From Azolla caroliniana (taxonomy: Eukaryota; Plantae; Polypodiophyta), in contig JBHGNT010000011.1 in NCBI GenBank assembly GCA_043228905.1, positions 11,036,001 through 11,100,000 of the forward strand: a stretch of DNA of 64,000 bases, written 5' to 3'. The notes beneath the pieces were generated by a model, which worked only from the letters and a program-made list of their open reading frames with translations, was not told the DNA's origin and did not search any database. Position 1 is the stretch's first letter, and each line of letters starts with the position of its first letter. The position numbers were made by a program, and so were the translations under genes. Positions 1-10,855 of this stretch are shown here, piece by piece.

Positions 1-540
1 AAATTTGCTCCATCAATGCTTGATCATCCCAAGGGATATCGGTGGCGAGTAGGCGGAAATCTGCAGGGTATACGGAGGTTGGACGATCACCTTGGCATAA
101 TCGTCGGATTTTGTTGATTGTTGTCCTTATGTTGTTAGTATCTCCAAAACAAGCTTTAAATTCACTTATAAATTCTTCAAAATTGTTTAGTAATGGAGAT
201 TCCTTTTCTAACAACGGAGCGAACCATGCCAATGTTGAGCCACTAAGTAGAGTGCCTACTAGTCCCACTCGTGATGCATCAGTGGGATATCGAGAAGGAT
301 GCATTTGAATCACTAAACGTACCTGATTAAGAAAAACTCTAAACTGTGATCGGGTCGCATCAAATTTTGTAGGAAAACCAATCTTGGGTTCTTTGTGAAT
401 CCCTTGAGTGCTTGATCCTTGTTGTTGTAGTGATATAATAGTCGCTTCAAGTTGTTGTACATGTAACGTCAGCTCCCCATGTTGTTGTTGTTTTTCCAAC
501 ACTATTGGTTGAAGACCCCCCAACAAACGGTGATTTTCAA
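1..540 (-). mobile_element. Ty3/gypsy (chromovirus, Tcn1/Tf1-like) gag, 5' part; runs off window start
   Basis: Minus-strand translation HKEPKIGFPTKFDATRSQFRVFLNQVRLVIQMHPSRYPTDASRVGLVGTLLSGSTLAWFAPLLEKESPLLNNFEEFISEFKACFGD...IRRLCQG...YPADFRLLATDIPWDDQALMEQ matches the retrotransposon-gag/PEG10-like pattern. Confidence 0.85.
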
Positions 541-738
541 TCTGAGAAAACATATTGGTATTCCTGAGCGCTAACAGTTTCCATTTTACTAGGGAGGATA
601 ACAAGATTAGTATGAAGGGAAAAAAGGGGCAACAAGATGAGGGAAACCGGAAAGAAGGCCGGAAAAAAGGGGATATGTAAGAAGATAAAAGGAAGAGGAG
701 GAAAGGAGGAGACGGAAGGAGGGAAAATCGGTTCAAAC

Positions 739-843
739 TGTCAAGAATAGTACTGAGACAGAGAAGAAATTAGTACTAAGAGAGGAATATTACTACTAAG
801 AGGAATAGAGGGTGTAGAACACTCGAGAGAAGGAGAGAGAGAG

Positions 844-896
<53 letters not shown>

Positions 897-1206
897 TCGA
901 GGGAGAGAAAATGATGATGACAACAATATATTATGTGAGAAGAATACACAAGGAAGGCTGGGAGGCTTAAGACTGGCATTGAACCAATTTGGTTTGAAAT
1001 AATGCCTTGTGCCTCCTTTTATAGTGTTCTCAGGAGTAACCCTGAAGCTTCTAGAAGTTCCAGAGAAATCTGGAATATACATTAATTTTCTATAGTAAAA
1101 CTTAAATAAAATTAATATCCTACGTATTACAATAGGTAGTGTAATGGTCAAGAGCTCGACCCATCTAACATAACGTCATGGGTTCGAGTCTTGTCATATC
1201 ATGACA
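739..1206 (-). mobile_element. 5' LTR of the gypsy element, inserted into a copia integrase
   Basis: TGTCA...TGACA termini; minus-strand TATAAAA at 1017-1023; internal (GA)n/(GT)n; copia integrase sequence begins at 1207. Confidence 0.8.
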
Positions 1207-2844
1207 CGAAGTCCCGACCATGCATATTCCTTGGATACGGCGATGATGAGTTCGGTTACCGGGTGTGGGATCTGGTCGACAAGAAGGTGTTCCGAAGTCG
1301 GAACATAGTCTTCATGGAAGACAGGACCATTGCCGACTAGGAGTTGGAGAAGAAGGTGATGAACTCCGGATCATCCAATGAAAAATGGGCTTGAGGACAC
1401 AAGGACTTACCCGGTTGAAAACCGGATGACACTCCGACAAACCGGCTGGATACAGACAAGAAACCGAACCAACCGAAGAAGAAGGAGACACCAGAATCGG
1501 ACAAAGATCCCAAATCGGATTAAGATGAGGAACAAACGGAGGTTCCTCCGGTAGTCAGAAACCAAGGACAGAGATATCCTCTCCGAGAGAGAAGAGACCC
1601 TCGGAGATTTCCGGATGCAGAGCATGTGTTGCTAACCAATGAGGTGGAACCGGAAAGCTTCGAGACAGCACTCCTACATCGCGACCTCGAAGCATAAATC
1701 TACATGCATCAACCGGAAGGATTTGAGAAGAAAGGGAAGGAGCACTTGGTGTGCCAGCTGAAGAAGAGCTTATACGGACTGAAGCAAAGCCCTTTGGCAA
1801 TGGTACCGAAAGTTCGACTCCATGACAGACCAAGGGTAACACAAGACGCAGGCCGAGCACTGCGTGTTTGTGAAGAAATTTGACGGAGACCAAGGCAAGA
1901 TTCGGATGCTGAGGAAGGCTCTGAACTAGACCTTCTCAATGAAAGACTTGGGTCCGGCAAGACAGATATTGGGAATGCACATAATCTGGAACCGGTCGAA
2001 GAAGCTGTTGTGGTTGTCACATGAGAAGTACGTGACAAAGGTGCTTCAACGGTTGAACATGTCGGAAGCGAAATCGGTCGGATCGACACTTCCGGCAAAC
2101 TGCAAGCTATCCGGAAAACAAAGTTCGAGGACAAAGGCGGAGAAGACGGATATGATGAAGATACCATATGCCTCTGCCGTCGGAAGCTTGATGTACGCGA
2201 TGGTATGTACCCGACCGAATATATGATATGCAGTCGGAGTGGTGAGCGGTTCATGAGCAATCCTGGAAAAGAGCACTGGAACGCGGTCAAGTGGATACTC
2301 CGATATCTTAAAGGCACCTCGAGTATGTGCCTCCGGTTCGGCTCCGGTAATCCCCAACATGACGTATTCACGAATTCGGATATGTCGGCTAATGCGGATA
2401 CCAGCCGGTCTACATCTAGACATGTCATGACTTATGCAGGGAGAGTTGTTTCGTGGCAGTCAAGGCTGCAAAAGACGGTTGCGTTGTCAAGCACAGAGGC
2501 AGAGTACATGGCAGCTGTGGAAGCCGACAAGGAAATAATCTAGATTAAGGACTTCATCGGAGAGCTAGGGATCCAACATGAGGAATACCAGCTCTACTGC
2601 GACAGTCAAAGTGCCATCCACCTTGCAAAGAACGCGGCCTACCATTCCCAGACGAAACATATCCAACGGAGGTACCACTGGATCCGAGAGAGAGTAGAAG
2701 ATCAAGAGTTCGTGCTGACGAAGTTCCACACGGAGGAGAACGAGTCGGATATGTTGACCAAGGTGTTGACAACCGACAAGCTGGACTCGTGTCGAAAGCG
2801 GATCAGGCTGGTGAGACGCCCCATGCCGGAGTGAAGGGGGAGAT
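1207..2844 (+). mobile_element. Decayed Ty1/copia pol (integrase C-term, partly deleted RT, RNase H) with PPT
   Basis: CIFLGYGDDEFGYRVWD..VFRSRNIVF; LYGLKQSP; MKDLGPARQILGM; PYASAVGSLMYAMVCTRP; VALSSTEAEY; PPT TGAAGGGGGAGAT ending 2844; multiple stops and frameshifts. Confidence 0.92.
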
Positions 2845-3409
2845 TGTTGGCAAATTGGTCCCTCTGGATGGGATTCAGTTATGGATGAAGAGGACCCGGT
2901 GAGCATCGGAAGAGATCCGGTAACCGGATCGGATGGACCCGATGAGAACCGGAAGAGTAGACATATTTGTAAATATGTTTTGAATAAGCCTATTAAGGCT
3001 ATATTTGTAAATAGCCCTAAGTTCATATAAGTATAAATATGACTTAGGGCAATCATTTTAGAAAAGAAGAGTGAGGGTTGTAGTCATATTGTTGTATAGA
3101 GTGAGTGACAGAGAGAGAGGGATATACATAACGGTTTCTGTTGTAACCGTCGCTTGGCAAAGAAACAAAGCTCGAGGTCGTTGCCTCCGAGTCTCTGATT
3201 GTACCTTTCTCATATAGTGATAGTTCGGAGTTTGTGGGCTCCTGTGATTTTTCCCTATTAGGGTTTTCGACGTAAACATCCTGTGTACTCTCTATTGAAT
3301 CGTGTGTACGTGCGTTCACTCCCTATTTCCCATTTCTGTGTTTCATTCTCATTGAAGTGATCCAAGACTCGGTTGTGGCCAAGCAATATTCCGCGTTGTT
3401 CTCTTCACA
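2845..3409 (+). mobile_element. 3' LTR of the copia element
   Basis: Starts TGTTGG directly after the PPT and ends ...CACA; similar to LTRs at 42160, 45493 and 49998. Confidence 0.75.
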
Positions 3410-3640
3410 ATGTGCTATGTGAGCACTTTTATACAAGTCCTTAAAACGAGTGACAGAAGTACTAACAAGTACTTCAATGCTCATACTGAGTGACTGACAC
3501 TAACTCCTAAGAATATGCCTACATACTAGGCTAGGATCGTAGGCCTCTAACGGCCTACCGGTTAAACTTAGATACGGACACCGATCCGGCTCTTGGCTTA
3601 GTCAGCCGATCCAGATCATGTTGAGCTTGCTTGCTTAACA
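3410..3640 (-). mobile_element. Partial LTR of a second copia family
   Basis: Ends ...TTGAGCTTGCTTGCTTAACA and contains CTTTTATACAAGTCC, like the LTRs at 46991-47423 and 53840-54223. Confidence 0.65.
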
Positions 3641-5466
3641 AGGGAATTATTTGAATTCAACATTTAGAAGCCGATTTGGTGAAGATATCGAGTGATCTTC
3701 GAGTGCCAAGCATGTGGTGCTTGCTTGAGTCCATACAACGGCTTCTTGAGTTAGCAAATTGTTGGCGAGTGTTTGGTCAATTCGAAACTAGGTGGTTGAA
3801 TCATGAAAACCTCCTCTTCTAATTCACCTTGTAGGAAGGCATTCTTTACGTTCATTTGGTGGAGGTGCCACCCTTTTGCAGTTGCGAGTGCAATGACTAT
3901 ATGAACAGTCGTCATCTTTGCAACCGGGGCAAAGGTCCCCTCATAATCAACTCCGTGTGTTCGAGCATATCCTTTGGCTACGAGTTGTGCCTTGTAGCGA
4001 GTGACCGAGTCGTTGGCATTATATTGTCTTGTTTTTGCATAGAGCCTGCATTTCTTCGTTCATAGTTTCGATCCATCATGGATCCTTGGCTACCTCGGAA
4101 AAAATTTCTAGTTCTCGGATTATCGCCACCTTCATCATAAAGGTATAATGTTATGCCATATACTCATCGTAACCGAATCGGCTAACCGGGTTTTTCTCTT
4201 GGGTAGAGTGATAGAGCTTCTCGTTTGCAGAGATTATGGATTTCTTTGCTCCATTCGTCCGGATGATTGGGATGTCAAGGCCTTCGAACTCATAGTCAAG
4301 GGAGTGAGTTGACTCATTGTCGATTGGATTTTTGTATTTTGGCATTTTGGCCTTCCCTTTGTCTAGCTTCGGACTCGATTCAGATGTGCTTTGGTCACTC
4401 GGGGGCTCTTGTGGTCCACTCGGCCTTGTCATAACTGAACTTTCTTCGAACATCTACCTGGTTCAATCTTCCTCTCCTTTGTCTTGGTCGGCCTAATCCG
4501 GGTCAATTTTTGTCGGAATCGGAGGCGTCTCTGGTTCGTACCAGGATGCCAACTTGTTGAAAACGACATCTCGACTCACTCGAAATTTTCGGGTGGATAG
4601 ATTGTAACATTTGTATCCCTTTTGTTCGAGTGAGTAGCCTATGAGGATACATTTCTCCAACTTCGGATCAAGCTTTTGTAGCTTCTCGTCGGGAATATGT
4701 CCATAGGCCATTGAGCCGAATATCCGAATGTGGGATAAATCTAACTTCTTTCCGAAGAACTTCACGTCAAGGGTTATGTCATGTACCCCAGAGGTTGTAC
4801 ACCTGTTCATGAGATAGACGGTTGTGTTAGCCGCTTTTGCCCAATACGATTTTGGTAGGTTCTTCTTGTTCATCATTTCCCTTGCCACCTCTACTATGTG
4901 ACGATTCTTGAGTTTGGCTACTCCATTTTGTTGAGGTGTGTGTCAGCATGAGAATTCTCGTTCAATTCCTTCCTTTCGGAGATACGTTGTAAATTCATTT
5001 GAGAAATACTCATTGCCTCCATCCGATCGAAGGCATCAAACATGCCGACTTGTGGTTTTTTCGACTTCGTTTTTAAACTTTTGGAAGTGTCTGAACACTT
5101 CACTCTTTTGCCGCATAGGGTAAATCTAGGTATGCCTACAGAAGTCGTCGATAAACATGACATAATATTGTCAACCACCGAATGTTGCAGTCTGGGCTGG
5201 TCCCCATACATCTTAATGTACTACATCCAGGATCCCTTTCTTCACGTTCCTATCTTTCGGAAACAGTTGTCGATGTTGTTTGCCGAACTTATAGGCTTCA
5301 CATACACCTACCATCTCCTTTTCGGTAAAAGTCCGGAGTTCGATGATGACTCCTTTGATTGCATTCCTTTGAGCTTTTGGAGTTTGATATGGCCAATTGT
5401 TTTGTGCCACAATTTCAAGTCAGTTTTGACATTGAGACCTTTTGCAAACATAGCCGACTTCACCTC
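3641..5466 (-). mobile_element. Decayed, internally deleted Ty1/copia pol (GAG-pre-integrase, integrase, RT fragment)
   Basis: ORFs LPKSYWAKAANTTVYLMNR..KCILIGYSLEQKGYKCYN..VSRDVVF and CEAYKFGKQHR; RT motifs WHLHQMNVKNAFLQGELEE and PLYGLKQA at about 3720-3990. Confidence 0.88.
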
Positions 5467-5967
5467 TGTCACAGACACACCAATACAAGACTATGACAAA
5501 GCACAGATGACAAGGCTACAACCGATAAGGTTACAAACGTGGAACTCGACATGATGGGGATAGAAACTCGGGAAGTTGGGAGCGACGAGATGAGGAAGTT
5601 AAGACTCTAGGAACAATACAAGAGCATAAAGAGAGAGATGTAAATCAAGGAGAGAAGATGGGGCTAAACGAGAATACTAGATTGATGTGTCAATGACTGG
5701 TGTTGAATCCCTTGAAAGGGACCAAGGAGGTTACAAGTATTTATACTGTGAGTCGAAGTACATGCATTAGAATATTTTGGAGAATATTCTAGAACCCTCT
5801 AGAACCTTCTAGTTCTAGAACTTTCTAAAAACTCCTAGAACTTAAAATAGATAATCTACTAATAATCTACTAAGATATACATAACATGACGATATGTTGG
5901 TTAGAATACAACACTTGACTATATGTGTCAAGAGGTCAAGAGTTCAAATCTTAACATGATTGTGACA
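5467..5967 (-). mobile_element. Gypsy-type LTR (related to 739-1206) preceded by a PPT
   Basis: TGTCACA...TGTGACA termini; minus-strand PPT AAGGGGAGGATAA at 5968-5980; minus-strand TATAAATA near 5740. Confidence 0.75.
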
Positions 5968-5980
5968 TTATCCTCCCCTT

Positions 5981-6720
5981 GACACTTAATTTAGTATGCA
6001 TGCAAATTTTTTCCAATGCTTTCATAAGTTTTTGTGCATCTCCTAAAGTATTTGCAAAAAGCATTACATCATCTGCATATAGCAAAAGCATAATCACAAC
6101 ATTCCCAATGGCAACTTCCTCAACACATTCTTCCTTTGAAAACTTGGTAACCATTGCTTCCAATTCATCAATGCATAGACCAAATAGTGTTGGTGAGAGT
6201 GGGCATCTTTGCTTAACACCAATAGTGCTTTTGAAAAACTCTGAAAGTCTATCTCTCATACGCACACAACATATAACCTACTCATAAATTCGGGAAATTG
6301 CAAGCATATATTCACTTGGCACCTCAAGTTCTTCCATTCACCTCCAAGGATGCTCAAGAGGTACCATATCAAAAGCTTTCTTGAAGTCTACAAAGCAACA
6401 ATATAAACCTTTACCTCTAAGGCGACTTTCCTCCATTAATACTTGAAGGGTGACAAGGTGATCAATGGTGCTATGGTGTTTTCGAAAGCCAGCTTGTCCA
6501 TAAGCTCTCTTACCATTTTTATCAGCCCATACACTTATCTTTGATTCCATTATACATCCAAATAGTTTTGCCATTAATGAGCCAACCATGATGGTTTGAT
6601 AGTTGTTTGCATTATCTACATCTCCACCTTTATGTAAAGGTTAGATCCAATATGTAGTCCAATCGTACAGCATACCATGTTGCAATGCATCATTAAACAT
6701 ATCGCTTATGCATACATGTG
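5981..6720 (-). mobile_element. LINE (non-LTR) reverse transcriptase fragment
   Basis: QAGFRKHHSTIDH, CFVDFKKAFDMV, GVKQRCPLSPTLF and LLYADD motifs in ORFs 6338-6589 and 5951-6265. Confidence 0.92.
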
Positions 6721-9700
6721 CAAATCTAGAGAGAGAGAGAGAAGTTATATAGCTTAGAACAAGAAGCTATATTAGTGAAAAATGAAATTACATCCAACAG
6801 TAACTAAGTTACAAAAGGTTGGTTTAAATACCAACTAGTCTAGGGCAACTGCCCTTTCTATTATTTACAAAACTAGCCTAGTGTGTCCAATGCTAGTGTG
6901 AAGGCACTTCATTGGGAAAGTTGAGTTCGATTCTCAACACATAAGGAACCCACTACTTTGGTAGAGCTTTTATTCAACATATGAGAGATATGTTGATTAG
7001 TAAGCCATATTCCATTTTCTCTTTTTGTCATTATTTAAATGTACACATTTCACCCTAGCCAAAGGTCTAGTTCCCCCAAAATTGCAAGATTAGCTAAACC
7101 ACTTCCTAATTTTGAAAATTCAAGCATCAAATTTGAAAGCTCTCCATAATAAAATGATAGATGTCCCTAGGTGTGTTTTCAATTTATTTGGATGGAGATT
7201 ATGTTTTGTGCCAATATTCATTTTCACATTTTCTAGAATTTTGTTTAATAGATAAATTCCAAAATAATTGAATGATTCATGATTCACACTTGTTAGTTGG
7301 ATGAGTGATCATATAAAATTAAATCCTTGTGTAAGTATGGCTTGTTTGAATTATCATCTACTCCAAGTTATAGGAGTCGATCCACGGAAGCCCTAAATGT
7401 CATCGCTTCACATGGTTATGAACTAGAATGTGATCAACAATCCAAATTTAAAGATTTGATAGAACATTGTCAACTCTAGTAATGAAGCATGATTATATAG
7501 ACTTCAATTTTCAATTGCTCAGAATTTAATTTGAATGTTATAAGGCTAGTTTCCTAAGACATTGTGAGCTTTTATAGCTAAAATGAATACACATGCATAA
7601 CCTCGTGATGCGTAAGCAAATCCTAAAAGTAGTTGCATTCATTACCTTTGTATCCAAATGTGGAACATGTGTCCTAGCAATGCTCTATATGTGATCCCAA
7701 TATTCATTTATTCACAAAGCACGCCCACATTTCCATCTTTGCCCCCATATATAAATGAGAGTGTCAAATCTCGACACCAAAATGATTATTGTTGGACAAT
7801 TGTATGTTGTGAGAAGAAACAAAGACAACATGGAACATATGTCATTGTACGTTCTACCAAATAATATTGATTTGTTTCAGATGAAGCACAGTAATTCTAA
7901 TTATCCAAAAAGAATGAAAAAAGCAGTGTGCTCTTCTACGCGTGAAAAGATGTGCATGAGCTTGCTAAAAGGAATCTCGGAGAAGGAGAGGCATAAGCTA
8001 AAGTAGTATATAAAAGAAAGTGTCATGGTCCAAGAATCCAATAAAGATGTCCCCAATCCTGAGAAGACAACCATGCACAAACAAGGAAGTGGACAATGAA
8101 GTCAAAGAGAAAGCTCAAAAGCATTTAAAATAATTGAACTCATTTCGCTTCTGAAAAGATGGGGAATTGCGAAACGCCACTACCAATAGAAGAAACATAA
8201 CCATTCCCATGAAAGGACATGAACCCAACTCAATATAATGGAATGAAAAATTTGTAAATTGTAATTGTGTTTTAATACATATTCACAACGAAACAAACCC
8301 CTTCGTCTCTTTGTGAGAAACAATATGTGACACTTAAAAGATATAATTGAAGATTGAAGAAAATTTTGCAACATTAGTGCACATGGCTTGCACATCTCTC
8401 TAGTCCCTACACACGGATCCTTGTGTTTCTTCCATTTGTCATATTATACCCACTCTTATTATATCACATAACATGTCCCGATCTTCATGTGCACAATTCA
8501 TATCTCAACTACCAAGTTGACATCCCTCCCATTTTTTTCCAAACTTTTCCAAGGGAAAGTAAAAAAATTATAGTAATCTTCTTAACAAGACATAAACTGC
8601 ATCTATAAATAATTTGCCCTTTGCAAGCAATATCCCAAGTAACAAACAAAATTTAGTAAACTGATTGATCATATATTGGCTCTCTATCCAAACATGACCC
8701 CTTGGTTTTGTACTACCATAAGAGAAATTGAGAGTGTATTAAATATGTTAGGATTAGGCCATAATTGTCTAGTTGAATGACACTTCCAAAGACTCCTTGA
8801 AGAGAATTATTTAGAGTTATGAATGGAAATTATTTGAGGCCTTGCAAATGAGTTTACTAAAATCACTTCATTGCATTGAACTCTAAACTTTTGTAGAGTT
8901 AATTTTCTTGAAAGGTGGCATGCAATTTTATTACATATTTTGCAAAAAGAAACATTTCAAAGCACTTCATTCTATATGTTTTAGCCCTCGGTAGGAACAA
9001 CTACTGCGGGCATAGATATCTTGCCTACTTTAGTTAAGGTTGTGAGATGCATCGTCCTCGAGGGTTACACATTAAAAACTCTTGAGCAAATTCACAAAAG
9101 TAGGGCTAGCCTCTTTGGATTTCTAAGCAATTACCATATGTTTTTGGAATATTGGTTGTAATCCCCTTACTTCATTGTGAAACCTTCATCGGGCTAAAAG
9201 CTCTCAAATCCTTCAAAGAGAAAAGCCATTTGGTGATACGTAGACAACCATGCTTATGCTTTAGGTTGATGCCGCATGTTATGCATAGTGCATGGAATTC
9301 ATACATGAATCAATGTCTAGATGTTTGGACATGTTAGAAATCAAGGAACTCCCATGTGATTGCATATGTTACAAGAATCTAGTTTTTCATGCCAATGACA
9401 TTTTGTGGTGGACCAAGAGACAATGTTATGATTCAAAGAACTTGAAAGAATTATGAATTGCAAAGCAAAAAGTAGCAAACAAGCCCGGTACAATCTGCAT
9501 GGTCTTCCTCAACAAGTTTGATCATTCATAAACACAAGGTACCAATAGTCAAAATCCACACAACATAGAAACAATGTGTGTAGATGAATGCAATGGATTA
9601 GAGAGCCAGGGAAGGGTGCCCAAGTGATTACAGAGGTGGAATCTTTCATAATGAGCTATAAAGAACTTGGCGGTGGGAGAAAACTATCGACCATCTTGAC

Positions 9701-10096
9701 ATGGGGGGTCGGGGTTTAGCATTTACTATGTGGGGAAACCTCAGGGTGGGTAAAAGGCTCACGAATGGTTGATGATGCTGACTAAGTTCGACAAGGGGCT
9801 AACTTCTTGCTTGCACACAAGCTTCCACGAGGCAAGCACTTGTTATTTTCTTTGTTGTTTGTTTGTTTGTTGTTGTTGTTGTTGTTGTGGAGGTGGTGGT
9901 GGTGGGTGTTGTTAGTCGCAATGTAGGTAAGCTTTAAAGCGAGTGTTTCAAAGTGGTTCATGTGATTGGCATATGGACAGACGTGCGAAGGAGCTCTTTG
10001 ACGTTCTAAGCTGACGGGAGTCTCATTTTGATGTTTCGTGGCACGATACATCTACAAAGGTGTAGGAGCATAATCGGGCAACCGAAATGTTGGTTG

Positions 10097-10247
10097 GGCC
10101 GACAGAGCGAGCAGGGTGAGCACATAGTAGTGTGTTTGCGTGGATGGATGGGCGGACAGTAGCGGGCGATCGAAATATGGGTCGGGCCGACAAAGCGAGC
10201 ATATTGAGTACATAGTGGGTTTGCATGGATGGACGGGCGGACAGACT
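10097..10247. repeat. Two diverged ~90-bp direct repeats in a GC-richer, promoter-like region
   Basis: GCCGACA(G/A)AGCGAGCA...GAG(C/T)ACATAGT...GTTTGC(G/A)TGGATGGA(T/C)GGGCGGACAG occurs twice. Confidence 0.65.
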
Positions 10248-10812
10248 GACGGACACCCGGCCCCATGACCTCATCCCCCCTCCCAAAGAAAGTCTCTTTT
10301 CTTCTTCTTCCTCTTCTTTTAACTGTTGCCACCCTTTTGCTTTTCCAAGGCTCATGATTTGATTGTCACTGCTGCTTCCTCCTCCTGATGCGCTGCTCCT
10401 CCTTTCCTCTCTTTTTTCCTTCCTCTTCCCATCCAAATACATATATCTATACACACACACTTCCTTTCGATCGATCTCCTGCAAAGTTCCATCTATCCAT
10501 CCTTCCGCAATGTCCATATCCTTCGCTGAGGATTCTTGCAGAAGAAAATAGTCGTCCTTCTTCTTTCTGCTCTCTGAAACTTCTGCAATATCCATTTCAT
10601 TTTCCATGAATTCTTGCAGAGAATTAGTTCTTCCTCTTCCTTTTCCCCTACTGCATCCAAATAATTTGCCATGGATTTTTGCAGAAGATATTGGCCATAT
10701 AACCAACCGGTATGTATTCCTCCTTTTTCTTTTGTCATTTGATCAATATACCTGTTGCTGTTTTCTGAGAGAATTCATGGCAATGGAGTGAAGCAGCAGA
10801 AGAACGTTACTC

Positions 10813-10854
<42 letters not shown>
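10813..10854. repeat. (CA)n microsatellite
   Basis: Seen directly. Confidence 0.95.

Positions 10855-10855
<1 letters not shown>

Noticed and set aside
741-1151. ORFs with SLSL/HTHT runs (also 50416-50785 and 53416-53730)
   Set aside because: They are translations of (GA)n/(GT)n microsatellites within LTRs.
7658-8006. Short ORFs including DYCWT, a possible transposase remnant
   Set aside because: Too short and no supporting motifs; could be chance.
10023-10706. 227-aa minus-strand ORF
   Set aside because: Low-complexity antisense reading of a CT-rich UTR-like region; no recognisable domain.
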